A stretch of 64,000 nucleotides of DNA. It comes from an uncultured bacterium (GTDB lineage: Bacteria > Fidelibacterota > Marinisomatia > Marinisomatales > UBA1611). Shown piece by piece: positions 40,938 to 52,192 of the stretch. The notes under the pieces were generated by a model, which did not search any database, had not been told where the DNA came from, and worked only from the letters and a program-made list of their open reading frames with translations. Location of the stretch: assembly GCA_965660855.1 (NCBI GenBank), contig CBFIBM010000007.1, positions 1 to 64,000 on the forward strand, given 5' to 3'. Within the stretch, counting starts at the first letter, position 1. Each line of letters begins with the position of its first letter. The translations under genes and the position numbers were made by a program.

Positions 40938-42622
40938 TATCCTACTGCTGATGTTTCCCCTCTTGTATCACCACCACCATAATAACCATTTTCTTTTATT
41001 ATGATTCCATTAGCTTCCCCAATATACCCACCACCTCTGTAATAGGAAACCTTATGTCCACGTTTTTTGAGGTTTTCTAAAACATCTTTAATTATACCGT
41101 ATGGCTCAATTTGTATTTCATCCGGTAACCATTGAGAATGAAATCTAGGAGCTGAGACAGCTTCTTTGATATCCATGTTATGTTCAATAATATTAAGAAT
41201 TGATTGCATTACAGTTGTAATAATTGTAGATCCACCAGGTGATCCAATCACTATATATGGTGAATTCTCTTTTAAAACTATAGTGGGAGTCATAGATGAA
41301 AGAGGTCTTTTATGTGGTTCAATTGCATTAGCTTCATTTCCAACAAGTCCAAATGCATTAGGAATTCCAGGTTTTGATGAAAAATCATCCATTTCATTAT
41401 TTAAAAAAAAACCAGCACCTTCTACAACATGACCATTCCCATAGTTTAAATTTATTGTAGTTGTTACGCTTACAGCATTACCCCATTGATCTACAACAGA
41501 ATAATGTGTTGTTTCGGTAGATTCATATTGATTTAACGTAGAAGCTGATATGTTGCTACTTAGTGTTGCCTTATTCAAATCGATGTCGCGAATTCGATTT
41601 TTAGAATAATCTTTAGAAGTAAGTATCGTGGTTGGAACTTCCCAAAAATCAGGGTCGCCTAAATGAACTGCTCTATCTGCATATGCTCTTCTCTCAACTT
41701 CTGTTAATAAATGTACATAATCTGATGAATTCCATCCCATCGTATCAAGGGAGAATTCCTCCAGCATATTTAGCATATTAATTAATAATACACCTCCGGA
41801 GCTAGGTGGTCCCATTGATATTATTTTATAGTCTTTATATGTCCCCAATACAGGATCACGGTATATAGATGAATATTCTTCAAGGTCAGTTAAGCTAATT
41901 ATTCCATTCCCTCTTTTCATTTCTTTTACAATTAAATCAGCAACTGGGCCTGAATAAAAACCAGAACGTCCATGTTTTGAAATTCTTTTTAAAGTTTTTT
42001 CTAGATCTTTTTGTTTAAAAAGATCTCCTTTTTTCCAAAGAGTATTATCTTTTTTTACAAAAATTCTTTTTGCGGCTTCATTCCTTTTAAAAAAATCTTT
42101 ATATAAATTAAATCGCTCAGCTTCATAATGAGAAAGTTTAAAGCCTCTACCGGCCAATCGTATTGCTGGAGCGAGTATTTGTTGCCGAGATATGGTCCCT
42201 GAACCGTGATCATTTAAAGCTTTTAGTAAACCATCAACAGTTCCAGGTACTCCACTACTTGCTCTTGAATAAAGTGACATTCCATTTATTATATCACCGT
42301 TATTATCTAAATACATATTTTTTGTTGATTTTTCTGGAGATTTTTCCCTATGATCAATTGTAAACGTATCTCCATTCTTCATGGTCGCTACCAAAAACCC
42401 ACCACCACCAAGATTTCCATTTCCTGAACTTGTCACTGCTAGTGCAAATCCTACTGCAACAGCAGCATCAATTGCATTTCCACCTTTTTTTAGAATTTCA
42501 ACTCCGGCTTCAGATGCTTGTTTACTAGTAGATACAACCATACCGTTTTCACCAAAGATAGGATCCTCACTCGCTGGAAAAATTAAACAATATAAAAAGA
42601 TTAACATAAAAATATATTTCAT
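40934..42622 (-). CDS. ggt: gamma-glutamyltransferase
   Basis: GGNAIDAA, ETTHYS, LNNEMDDF, PLSSMTP, GSPGG. Confidence 0.95.
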   Translation of the reverse strand: MKYIFMLIFLYCLIFPASEDPIFGENGMVVSTSKQASEAGVEILKKGGNAIDAAVAVGFALAVTSSGNGNLGGGGFLVATMKNGDTFTIDHREKSPEKSTKNMYLDNNGDIINGMSLYSRASSGVPGTVDGLLKALNDHGSGTISRQQILAPAIRLAGRGFKLSHYEAERFNLYKDFFKRNEAAKRIFVKKDNTLWKKGDLFKQKDLEKTLKRISKHGRSGFYSGPVADLIVKEMKRGNGIISLTDLEEYSSIYRDPVLGTYKDYKIISMGPPSSGGVLLINMLNMLEEFSLDTMGWNSSDYVHLLTEVERRAYADRAVHLGDPDFWEVPTTILTSKDYSKNRIRDIDLNKATLSSNISASTLNQYESTETTHYSVVDQWGNAVSVTTTINLNYGNGHVVEGAGFFLNNEMDDFSSKPGIPNAFGLVGNEANAIEPHKRPLSSMTPTIVLKENSPYIVIGSPGGSTIITTVMQSILNIIEHNMDIKEAVSAPRFHSQWLPDEIQIEPYGIIKDVLENLKKRGHKVSYYRGGGYIGEANGIIIKENGYYGGGDTRGETSAVGY

Positions 42623-42634
42623 AATAAAATTATT

Positions 42635-43957
42635 TTAAATATTATCTTTTATTAAGTTTAAAATTTGATCTTCAGATATACGCTCTTGCTTTTGAGAATC
42701 ACGATATCTAATAGTCACACTATTATCCTCTAGTGATTGGTGGTCTATTGTTATACCAAAAGGGGTGCCCGCTTCATCTTGCCTGTAGTACCTCTTCCCA
42801 ATAGATCCTTGTTGATCATAGATTACTTTAAAATGAGTTTTTAATTCTTCAACAATATTACGAGCTTTTTCAGGAAGACCATCTTTTTTAACTAATGGGC
42901 AGATTACAGCTTTTACTGGCGCTATTCGAGGATCTATCTTCATTACAACACGATTATTTTCAAGATCTTCCCAATAAGAATCGGAAAGTATCGTTAAAAG
43001 CATACGATTAAGACCTGCAGAAGTTTCTATGATGTATGGTAAAAACCTTTCATTATTTGGTTGATCAAAATAAGATAAGTTTTTACCTGAAAACTCTTGA
43101 TGTCTTCTAAGATCAAAATCAGTTCTATTATGAATACCCTCAATTTCTGACCACCCAAATGGAAATTCGTATTCAATATCCCAAGCCTCTTTTGCATAAT
43201 GTGCAAGCTCTTCGTTTTGGTGCTCATGAAATCGTAGCTTTGATTTTGTAATTCCTAACTTTTCATAATAAAAATCATATCTCTTAGTCTTCCACTCAAT
43301 CATTGTTTTGTCATCTGAACCAGGTTTAACAAAATATTGCATTTCCATTTGTTCAAATTCTCTTGTTCTAAAAATAAAATTTCTAGCAATAATTTCATTC
43401 CTAAATGCTTTACCAATTTGGGCAATTCCGAAAGGAATTTTTGTCCTCATTGCCCCTTGTATTAGCTGGTAATTAACGTAAATACCTTGTGCTGTTTCAG
43501 GTCTTAAAAATGCATCTGTACCTTTTTCTTCTACAGGACCAACGCTAGTTTTAAACATTAAATTAAATTGTCGTGGCTTTGTGAGTAGACCTGTTGTTCC
43601 ACACTTCAGGCACTTAGTCTTTTTCCAATCAATATTTTTATACTCTTCAGAAAACTCATCTGCTCTAAAACGTGCTTTACATTGCTTGCAATCTACGAGT
43701 GGATCATTGAAAGCTCCTGTGTGTCCAGAGGCTTCCCATATTTTTGGATGCATCAAAATTCCACTATCTAAGCCTACAATATTCTCATGTATTTGTGTCA
43801 TTTCTTTCCACCAAAGTTGAGATATATTGTTTTTAAGCTCTATACCTAATGGACCGTAGTCATAAACAGCAGAGAATCCTCCGTAGATATCAGAGCTCTG
43901 AAATACAAAACCTCTTCTTTTACAAAGAGAGACAATCTTCTCGATAGTTTTATCCAT
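42635..43957 (-). CDS. glyS: glycine--tRNA ligase (homodimeric type)
   Basis: YDYGPLG, LRPETAQG, FRNEI, REFEQME, SIGKRY.RQDE. Confidence 0.96.
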   Translation of the reverse strand: MDKTIEKIVSLCKRRGFVFQSSDIYGGFSAVYDYGPLGIELKNNISQLWWKEMTQIHENIVGLDSGILMHPKIWEASGHTGAFNDPLVDCKQCKARFRADEFSEEYKNIDWKKTKCLKCGTTGLLTKPRQFNLMFKTSVGPVEEKGTDAFLRPETAQGIYVNYQLIQGAMRTKIPFGIAQIGKAFRNEIIARNFIFRTREFEQMEMQYFVKPGSDDKTMIEWKTKRYDFYYEKLGITKSKLRFHEHQNEELAHYAKEAWDIEYEFPFGWSEIEGIHNRTDFDLRRHQEFSGKNLSYFDQPNNERFLPYIIETSAGLNRMLLTILSDSYWEDLENNRVVMKIDPRIAPVKAVICPLVKKDGLPEKARNIVEELKTHFKVIYDQQGSIGKRYYRQDEAGTPFGITIDHQSLEDNSVTIRYRDSQKQERISEDQILNLIKDNI

Positions 43958-43987
43958 TATACCTTTATTATAAGTTTATTTTTAATT

Positions 43988-46510
43988 TTACTTCTTCTTA
44001 TTACTCTTTTTTCTAGTTTTTTTCTTTTTTGCAGGAGCTAATCGTTTTTGATTAATTAATTCTACTGCTTGTTCAAGTGTGATTTCTTCAGGTGATAAGT
44101 TTCCTTTTAATGATACATTTACTTTTCCATCACTTATATAAGGCCCATAACGTCCGCTTTTAACACTTATTGTCTTACCAGTTTCAGGGTGATCTCCAAC
44201 AGTTCTTAAGTCAGAACTTTTTTTATTTCTATTTGCTAGTAATTCAACTGATTTCTCTAAGGTCACGTTAAGTGGCGTATCGGGGTCTTGGATACTTGCA
44301 TTTTGTTTACCACAACGCAAATATGGGCCATATCTTCCATAATCAGCTGTTATCTGGTCTCCAGTTTCAGGGTGATTTCCAATAACTCTCGGTAAACTTA
44401 ATAGTTTTAAAGCGTAATTTAAATCAACTTCAGATAATGGATAGTTCTTAGGTATTCCTTTTCTTTTTGTTGTCTCACCTAGCTGAACATAGAAACCATA
44501 TGGTCCTTTCTTAATCCATACAGAATCACCAGACTCAGGATCTGAACCTAGCGGTTCATCTTCTTGAGTAACATGTTTGAATATTTCTTCTACTTTTTCT
44601 AATGTTAAATCACCAAGATAAACATTCTCTGGGATTGATCGAGTATCATCATCTCTCCTAAGATATGGTCCAAATTTTCCAATACGGCCCTCAGTTGTAT
44701 TCGAAATTTTTTCGGGTAGAGTAATTGTACAAGCTTTTGGGATATCAACTTTTTCATTCAACATTTTTTCTAAACCAATAAATTCACCACCACCAAAATA
44801 GAAATTTTTAATGAAAGGCTCTGATGAAGTTTCACCCCTTGATATTTCATCTAAAGAATTCTCCATATTTGCAGTAAAAGTTTTATCTACAAGGTTGGTA
44901 AAATGTTCTTCTAATAACTGAGTTACAGCTACGCCTAAAAAAGTTGGAGTCAACTTTCCACTGTTGCGATTAACATATCCTCTCTTTACAATAGTCCCAA
45001 TTATTGAAGCAAATGTAGATGGACGTCCAATTCCATTTTCTTCAAGTGATTTTACTAATGATGCTTCTGTATATCTTGCTGGTGGTTTTGTATTATGCTC
45101 TTCGGAACTTAGTGTTTCACAAGTCAATTTATTTCCTTCTTGAAGAGTGGGTAATGTTCTCTCTTTGTTCTCGAGGTCTTTTTCTGGGTTATCTCTTCCT
45201 TCAACATATGCTCTCATATATCCAGGAAACAAAATAACTTGTCCATTAGCTCTGAATTCAGCTTTTTGATTGATAACAGTTACGGAGGTTTGCATTAATT
45301 TGGCAGACTTCATTTGACTTGCGATTGTTCTCTTCCAAATTAGATCAAAAAGAGAGGCAGCTTGATCTCCAAGTAATTTTTGCACATCTTCTTTAGTATG
45401 AAATTTACTACCCGCAGGTCGAATTGCTTCATGAGCCTCCTGTGCATTTTTAACTCTGGTACTGTAGGATCTTTCTTTTTCGGGTAGATAGTCATTCCCA
45501 TAAAGACTTTCTATAATTTTTCGAGAACCTCTTACTGCTTCATCAGATAAATTTGTAGAGTCTGTGCGCATGTAGGTGATAAATCCATTCTCATAAAGTT
45601 TTTGGGCAGTACTCATTGTTTGACGTGCGGAACTTCTGAGCTTTCTTGACGCTTCTTGCTGTAGTGTACTGGTTGTAAAAGGGGGCTTTGGGTTCGAAGT
45701 TCTCGGCTTTTCATTTATAGACGAAACTTTCCAAGTTCCTTTTTCTAATTCTCTTAATAATTCATCCGCTTGTGATTCAGATAATAAAAGTGAATTTTTA
45801 TTTTTTAATTTACCTGAAATGGGGTCAAAGTCATTGCTGTTAGCTATCTTATCATTATTTAGTCTAATTAGAGTGGCTTCAAATGTAATGTTATTATGAA
45901 TAAAGATAGCTTTTAAGTCGTAATAGTTAGTTTTAAGATATTTAGCTCTTATTCGGTCTTTATCAACTACAAGTTTCACAGCTGAGGACTGGACTCTTCC
46001 TGCAGATAAAGTAGTATTGACAAATTTCATATTACTCTGAAGAGTTGCCCATAAAACTGGAGAAACTTTATATCCAACTAATCGATCAATAACCCTTCTT
46101 GCTGTTTGTGCTTTTACTAAGTCCGTGTCAATACTTCTTACATTTTTTATTCCATCCATTATCCCTGCTTTAGTTATTTCTGTAAATTGGACTCTTTCCA
46201 TCTTTTCTTCAGGGACTTCAGTAGCAAGATGAGCGGCAATTGCTTCACCCTCTCTATCAGGATCTGTTGCAATTAGAACTCGTGGTGCTATTTTTGATTT
46301 TTTACGTAATTCAGATATAAACTTTTTTTTATCTGGAAGAACAGATAGTTTTATTTCAAAATTATTTTCAATATCTATTCCTAATTCATTGCTTGGTAAA
46401 TCCTTGACATGACCAACACATGAAATCACATCATAATCATTATTCAAATATTTTTGAATAGTTTTTACTTTTGTAGGTGATTCAACAATTAATACAGATT
46501 TTTGACTCAT
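43988..46510 (-). CDS. topA: DNA topoisomerase I with C-terminal repeats
   Basis: IVESP, ATDPDREGE, SAGRVQ, ITYMRTDS, GIGRPST, C-terminal G.YGPY repeats. Start set at ATG 46510. Confidence 0.96.
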   Translation of the reverse strand: MSQKSVLIVESPTKVKTIQKYLNNDYDVISCVGHVKDLPSNELGIDIENNFEIKLSVLPDKKKFISELRKKSKIAPRVLIATDPDREGEAIAAHLATEVPEEKMERVQFTEITKAGIMDGIKNVRSIDTDLVKAQTARRVIDRLVGYKVSPVLWATLQSNMKFVNTTLSAGRVQSSAVKLVVDKDRIRAKYLKTNYYDLKAIFIHNNITFEATLIRLNNDKIANSNDFDPISGKLKNKNSLLLSESQADELLRELEKGTWKVSSINEKPRTSNPKPPFTTSTLQQEASRKLRSSARQTMSTAQKLYENGFITYMRTDSTNLSDEAVRGSRKIIESLYGNDYLPEKERSYSTRVKNAQEAHEAIRPAGSKFHTKEDVQKLLGDQAASLFDLIWKRTIASQMKSAKLMQTSVTVINQKAEFRANGQVILFPGYMRAYVEGRDNPEKDLENKERTLPTLQEGNKLTCETLSSEEHNTKPPARYTEASLVKSLEENGIGRPSTFASIIGTIVKRGYVNRNSGKLTPTFLGVAVTQLLEEHFTNLVDKTFTANMENSLDEISRGETSSEPFIKNFYFGGGEFIGLEKMLNEKVDIPKACTITLPEKISNTTEGRIGKFGPYLRRDDDTRSIPENVYLGDLTLEKVEEIFKHVTQEDEPLGSDPESGDSVWIKKGPYGFYVQLGETTKRKGIPKNYPLSEVDLNYALKLLSLPRVIGNHPETGDQITADYGRYGPYLRCGKQNASIQDPDTPLNVTLEKSVELLANRNKKSSDLRTVGDHPETGKTISVKSGRYGPYISDGKVNVSLKGNLSPEEITLEQAVELINQKRLAPAKKKKTRKKSNKKK

Positions 46511-46514
46511 TTTA

Positions 46515-47783
46515 CTATTCCCTAATGATTTTATAATCTTTTTCAAAAAATTTTATAATCTCAGATCTAGTTAAGGCTCTTTGATTTTGTTCTTTAAGAT
46601 TTTTAACTATAAGCATCCCATTGGATAATTCTTCTTCTCCAATAATTATAACATAACTAGCATTAATTTTATTCGCTTCTCGCATTTGTGCCTTTAAACT
46701 CCTACGTAACGGATCTGAAGTAACAGATAACTTTAAATTTCTTAGCTTAGTTGATAAAAAAAGTGATTCAGAAAGCGCACCTTCAAAAAGACATGCGATG
46801 TAGACATCAATACTGGGCTTAACCTCATCATTTTTCATTGCGATTAAAAAGCGTTCTAGCCCCGCAGCAAAACCAATACTTGGAGTTGGTTTACCGCCTA
46901 GGTCTGATAAAAGAGAATCGTAACGCCCGCCACCAATAAGAGTATCTTGTGCTCCTAATTTAGTAGAGGAAAACTCAAAAACTGTTCTTGAATAATAATC
47001 GAGACCACGAACAAGTTTTGGATTAATTGTAAATGGAATATCTAAAATTTTTAGAAGCTCTTTTACTTTTTCAAAATGGTATAAATCCTTATCTGTATAA
47101 TATTTTGAAATTTTTGGAGCATCATTTAAAATTAATTGTTCTTTTTTTGATTTTGTATCCAATAATCTTAGCGTATTTTCTTTAAATCGATTTTGACTTA
47201 CCTCTGAAAATTCTTGCAAGTGTGGTTTTAAAAAATCTTTTAAAGCCTCTTTATAATTATTCCTGCAATCATTTGATCCAAGACTATTTAAATTTAAAGT
47301 AACTGATTCATGCAGCTTGCAATTTAAAATAATGTTCCAAGCTAAAGAGATTACCTCTACATCTATTTCTGGATATTTTGATCCTAGTGCTTCTACTCCG
47401 AATTGATGAAATTGTCTTTGTCTACCTTTCTGTGGCCTTTCGCGTCTAAATAGGGGACCGAGGTAATATAATCTATTTATTGGTGATTTTGTATTAAGAT
47501 TGTTTTGAATAAATGCTCTTGCAACACTAGCTGTAAGTTCTGGCCGGAGTGTTAAGCTTGTACCATCCCTATCATTCCAACTATACATTTCCTTAGAGAC
47601 AATATCTGTTTCTGTACCCACAGATCTTGAAAAAAGTTGAGTTTGTTCGAAAATGGGAGTTCTTATTTCTTCATATCCAAAAATTTTACAGTTATGATTT
47701 ACAATTTTTTCAAGTTTCTGCCATTTAAATGATTCCGGAGGTAAAATATCATGAGTTCCTTTTATATTTCGTATAATTTTCAT
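46515..47783 (-). CDS. hisS: histidine--tRNA ligase
   Basis: LRPELTA, ERPQKGR.RQF.Q, LVRGLDYY, GGGRYD. Confidence 0.97.
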   Translation of the reverse strand: MKIIRNIKGTHDILPPESFKWQKLEKIVNHNCKIFGYEEIRTPIFEQTQLFSRSVGTETDIVSKEMYSWNDRDGTSLTLRPELTASVARAFIQNNLNTKSPINRLYYLGPLFRRERPQKGRQRQFHQFGVEALGSKYPEIDVEVISLAWNIILNCKLHESVTLNLNSLGSNDCRNNYKEALKDFLKPHLQEFSEVSQNRFKENTLRLLDTKSKKEQLILNDAPKISKYYTDKDLYHFEKVKELLKILDIPFTINPKLVRGLDYYSRTVFEFSSTKLGAQDTLIGGGRYDSLLSDLGGKPTPSIGFAAGLERFLIAMKNDEVKPSIDVYIACLFEGALSESLFLSTKLRNLKLSVTSDPLRRSLKAQMREANKINASYVIIIGEEELSNGMLIVKNLKEQNQRALTRSEIIKFFEKDYKIIRE

Positions 47784-48121
47784 TTTTTACTCTCTTCGAT
47801 AATCTGGAATGTTAAATCAGAAGCTTTTTTCATATGGCTATCTGGTACAAAAATACGAACCGTTTCACCTACAATACCTGTTCCAGTAACACTATAAGCA
47901 GAGGATGCCCAGTCCATCTTTAAATAATAAGGAATATTATTATCATCTAAAATTTCTGAAGCCATATCAGCAAATATTTTCCCATTAAAAACTGGAAGTG
48001 AGCCCCATTTCATCTCTGGAATAGGTAGGTCTAAAAGGCAAGCATCTACTAACTGTAAATTGCAGTCACCACAATTTTTTACATCGTTTAAATATTCAGC
48101 ATAGCAATTAGGACAAATCAT
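47780..48121 (-). CDS. DUF2007-like protein with N-terminal zinc ribbon
   Basis: CPNC..EY....CGDC...LV, then L...NIP...V.IFVP. Confidence 0.7.
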   Translation of the reverse strand: MICPNCYAEYLNDVKNCGDCNLQLVDACLLDLPIPEMKWGSLPVFNGKIFADMASEILDDNNIPYYLKMDWASSAYSVTGTGIVGETVRIFVPDSHMKKASDLTFQIIEESKK

Positions 48122-48176
48122 ATTTTATTTTATAGATGAATTTCTATAATTGCGATAAATAGTACAATTAAAGATT

Positions 48177-51100
48177 TTATATTCCTGCACCAGAATAGAC
48201 TCCTCCTTTTTTTTCTAATTTAAGATCTTTTAACGTTGGTGACTTAACATTTATCTTAAAATTGATTCCTTGTCCTAATCCATTAGGAGTCCAGTTTAAA
48301 GAAAGTTCCCAACAATGTAAGTCTCGATATACAGAAAAAGAATGATTTATTAAGTCTTGTTCAAGCAAATCAAATCTAGCTCTATAGGAAATCCGCCATT
48401 TATCCGTAATGTTTATTATAGAGTTTGAATTTGCCCAGAATGTTTTTGACTTATTTGAAGGATTTTGAGAATTCAAAGAGTAGCTTAAACTAATACTTGT
48501 ACTCCAGAGTTGATTATTATTAATGGAGTTTTTTATGTTTTTAATAGAGTTAGTTATGCCTGAATCGACAAAATCACTATCGATAGATGTCGTATCTTTA
48601 AATGTTTTTCCAATATCATCATTTTGCTTCCATTTTTTACTTTTAATTCTAATACTCGTAGCTAATCTGGCATTCACTAATCTGGGAGTAATTAGTCCTG
48701 AAATATTTTTATTAAAATTAGCTAATCGTTTATTTTTTTCACTATCAAAAGAGTATAAATCATGAGTCATTGATAAATCTAAATTTAATTTTTTAAGTAT
48801 TTTTGATCTAATACTTGATCTTATATTTGTAAAATGAAGAGAGTCTGCAGCTAAGTTATATCCAGAATTTATACGCCAATTAAATAAATCAACCTTTTTC
48901 TCTTCTTTTCCATCAAAGATTTTTGCTTGAAATATGTTATTTAATCCAAAAGTCATTGATTTTTGTTCTGATTTTGGTGTGTTTCCAGCAATTGTACCTG
49001 AAAAACGATCCAAAGATCCAATCTCAATACCATCACTATCAAATTTCTTTTTTACATAACCAAAATTTTTCCCAAATACTTCATCAGAAAAATCAGGAGT
49101 CCATGAATATCCAATATTTGGAGATATAACATGCCTAATCGATTTAATTGGACCAAACGGGATGGGGATTAATCCATAAACTTGAGTACTACTATTAATT
49201 GAGAACGATCCAGTTGTACGGGAATCAAAACCAATTCTCTCATTCTTAATAAATTTATTTTCATCCTCATCCCATATACCATCGTATGTCTTATTGACCC
49301 ATGCTGATTTAATATTTATTCGAGGATTTATTGATATATATTTAAATAATTTTTGCGGAGCGTTAATTGCAGAGGTATGCACCCAACCATCATTTTCATC
49401 ATTTTTTTGATTGTCGCTCCAAAAAAACTGATTTGAATCAGATTCTATCGACTCAAAATAAAATCGTTGAACATTTGTATAGTTAAGTCCATAGTTCCAT
49501 GTAATTGTATTATACCATTTTTTATCAATTGCAGTAGTTGGGAAAAAATGACTTTGACCATGTCTAAAAGAAAATTTTGGAAATGTTTGATTTTTAGAAT
49601 TTAATTGAGTTCCAGATCGATTTGGGTTTATAAAATAATTGCTATTAAGATTTACCTTTTCTTGAATTAGTAAGTCCTGATTTGAGTAGAAACTAATGCT
49701 TATTGAATTTTTTGATTTTGGCCATCGTTTTGAATAAGAAATATTAGAGATTGCTTTTTGGTCCATTCTTTCTGTTTCTGTTAGTCCATATTTTTTATTG
49801 TAGTCTCCACTGGATGAATAAGTTATGTTTGCATTTAAAGATTGATTATTCCTCATTTGTTGTTTGTGATTCCATCGCACTGTGGTGCTGACTTTTTTAT
49901 CTCCAAAAATATCACCAATATTTTTGGTACCACTTAGAAATTGTCTATTAGAAAAGTTTAAACTTCCATTAAATTTATAACGAAGCCGATATTGACTATT
50001 TACATTAAAGGTATATCCTTGTTTATCGCCAAACCCCATTGTGATTTTTGAATCCCAATAATCATTTGGAGCCCAGTAAAACCCAAGTCCTTGTATATAT
50101 TGTCCTCTGCTTTTGTTGTCGCCATATGAAGGCATTATCCATCCTGAGTGCCTTTGGCCACCCTTATGAGGAAAAATTCCAAAAGGAATTCCCAGTATAG
50201 GTATTTGGGCAATATGTAAAATAATAGGACGAGCAACAACAATATCATTTTGTATAATTTTCATGTTATGTGATTCAAAATGGAAATGTGCAGTATCTAA
50301 GTCGCAGGTTGTATAGGTAGAATTTTCTATAAAAATTGTATTTGAAGTTTCATTTTGGATTTTATTACCTCTGTAATAGCCATCATCTGCTTGTGTACGA
50401 CCTTTTTTAATTCTACCTTTTTTAGTATCTAGGTTATATGTCATTCGCTCACCAGTCATTGGATCTTTTTTTGATTCTTTAATAATTGGTAATAAGATTT
50501 CGTTCTCATTAAAGATTGAATTTGGATAGGCGTTTAAAATATTATTATTCCAATTAATATTTATATGACCAGCCTTTAAATTTGTTTTATCATGGGTGAT
50601 ACTTGAATTTCCAAAAAGGTCAGTTTCTTTAATTTTAAGCATATAATGAATTTTATCTGCTTCGTATAATATAGGAGAATTAATATTATTCTCAGTTGAA
50701 TCAGGGTTATATTTTCCTTCTGCACCCCCATATACCTCTAATTCATTTATTTGATTTTCATCAAAACTTATAATTATTGAATCGCCAGAGACTTGATTGT
50801 TACCTTTGTATAAAGAATCTTCAAAAACATGGTATAGAGTCTTGGACATACCATTAAGTTTTAAGGAGTCTAAGTTATCATTTGAAAAACTACCAAATAA
50901 TTCTTTACCTTCAATTTTGTCTTTGAAAGAAACTTTTATTAACGAATCATCTACAGTTTTTATAAATCCAGTTTTAATGATATCTGATGTAGCTTTAGAG
51001 GGGATATAAATTTTTCTTAAGCTTTTATCAATATAGGTCAATTTTATCTCGTTTCCTGATAACATTCTAGATTGATCAAATATTTTAGGATTACCTTGCA

Positions 51101-51722
51101 AGATAGTAGATTCATTGAGCCCATTGTAGTCCGCAATTTCTGATTCAGAAAAGATTGTAGAGTCTTGAATTTGAACATTTCCTACCGCAGAATAAGACAG
51201 TTTTTTAACGTTTGGATAATTTTTATATATAATTTTATCAGATTCTATTTTTTGTTTATTTTGTATTAGTACAACATTTTTTAAGGCGATTCCGCTATCT
51301 AATTCAGTAAAAACTCTTATCGTGTCTGCTTTTAAATCATAGTCTGATGTCCAGGTATGAGATTTTCCGATACCCAGTAGTTGGTTTGAATCAGAATAAA
51401 ACTTTAATGTGTCTGCCACAAATGTTAAGTCTTCTTTAATCGCAGATACTTTATCATAAAGTATGGCTTGTCCTTTTTTTTCAAAATATTGACCTTTTTG
51501 ACATTTTAAAATAAGGTCGCCTTTTTCAAAGATAACATTCCCTTCAATAAATCTTATACTTTCCCCATTTATTGTTTTACTTTCTAAAATATTTGCTTGT
51601 TTTAGAATTAATCTATTTTCAGAAATTATAAAATTTAAAAGGTATACAAATTTGAAAATATATTTTGGTTTGATACATTTCAAAAATTTAATGATTTTAA
51701 TATTAATTTGAGTGCAAAACAT
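48177..51722 (-). CDS. lptD: LPS assembly protein LptD with extended OstA-like N-terminus
   Basis: YTTCD....HFHF, SG.IMPSYG, Y.A.NDYWD, RDLHCWE. About 340 aa of OstA-like repeats at the N-terminus. Confidence 0.85.
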   Translation of the reverse strand: MFCTQINIKIIKFLKCIKPKYIFKFVYLLNFIISENRLILKQANILESKTINGESIRFIEGNVIFEKGDLILKCQKGQYFEKKGQAILYDKVSAIKEDLTFVADTLKFYSDSNQLLGIGKSHTWTSDYDLKADTIRVFTELDSGIALKNVVLIQNKQKIESDKIIYKNYPNVKKLSYSAVGNVQIQDSTIFSESEIADYNGLNESTILQGNPKIFDQSRMLSGNEIKLTYIDKSLRKIYIPSKATSDIIKTGFIKTVDDSLIKVSFKDKIEGKELFGSFSNDNLDSLKLNGMSKTLYHVFEDSLYKGNNQVSGDSIIISFDENQINELEVYGGAEGKYNPDSTENNINSPILYEADKIHYMLKIKETDLFGNSSITHDKTNLKAGHININWNNNILNAYPNSIFNENEILLPIIKESKKDPMTGERMTYNLDTKKGRIKKGRTQADDGYYRGNKIQNETSNTIFIENSTYTTCDLDTAHFHFESHNMKIIQNDIVVARPIILHIAQIPILGIPFGIFPHKGGQRHSGWIMPSYGDNKSRGQYIQGLGFYWAPNDYWDSKITMGFGDKQGYTFNVNSQYRLRYKFNGSLNFSNRQFLSGTKNIGDIFGDKKVSTTVRWNHKQQMRNNQSLNANITYSSSGDYNKKYGLTETERMDQKAISNISYSKRWPKSKNSISISFYSNQDLLIQEKVNLNSNYFINPNRSGTQLNSKNQTFPKFSFRHGQSHFFPTTAIDKKWYNTITWNYGLNYTNVQRFYFESIESDSNQFFWSDNQKNDENDGWVHTSAINAPQKLFKYISINPRINIKSAWVNKTYDGIWDEDENKFIKNERIGFDSRTTGSFSINSSTQVYGLIPIPFGPIKSIRHVISPNIGYSWTPDFSDEVFGKNFGYVKKKFDSDGIEIGSLDRFSGTIAGNTPKSEQKSMTFGLNNIFQAKIFDGKEEKKVDLFNWRINSGYNLAADSLHFTNIRSSIRSKILKKLNLDLSMTHDLYSFDSEKNKRLANFNKNISGLITPRLVNARLATSIRIKSKKWKQNDDIGKTFKDTTSIDSDFVDSGITNSIKNIKNSINNNQLWSTSISLSYSLNSQNPSNKSKTFWANSNSIINITDKWRISYRARFDLLEQDLINHSFSVYRDLHCWELSLNWTPNGLGQGINFKINVKSPTLKDLKLEKKGGVYSGAGI

Positions 51723-51772
51723 GACAACCTAAATTTACATACCTTTTTAATCAAGCGAGAAAGGAAGATAAA

Positions 51773-52192
51773 ATGAGTTCTATAAAAAATAAAATTTTCA
51801 TTAGTATAATTTTTTTTGGATTATACTGTACAAATAAAAGGAGTGTGGAAATAATGAGTAATGATCTAAAAATAGAAGACATTATAGTAGGCGAAGGTGT
51901 TGAAGCAAACGATTTTAATAAAGTTATTGTTAATTATACGGGTTCACTTGAAGATGGTTCCATTTTTGATTCATCTTTAAATCCAGGAAGAGAACCATTC
52001 TCTTTTACATTAGGAGTTGGATCTGTTATTAAAGGTTGGGATATTGGAGTAAAAGGAATGAAAGTTGGAGGGAAAAGAAAATTAACTATTCCACCAGAAT
52101 TAGGATATGGTAAAAATGGAGCAGGTGATGTTATTCCGCCAGGGGCTACTCTAATCTTTGAAGTTGATTTATTAAACGTAGAAGCTTATTAA
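51773..52192 (+). CDS. FKBP-type peptidyl-prolyl isomerase
   Basis: [36 protein letters not shown]. Confidence 0.95.
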   Translation: MSSIKNKIFISIIFFGLYCTNKRSVEIMSNDLKIEDIIVGEGVEANDFNKVIVNYTGSLEDGSIFDSSLNPGREPFSFTLGVGSVIKGWDIGVKGMKVGGKRKLTIPPELGYGKNGAGDVIPPGATLIFEVDLLNVEAY

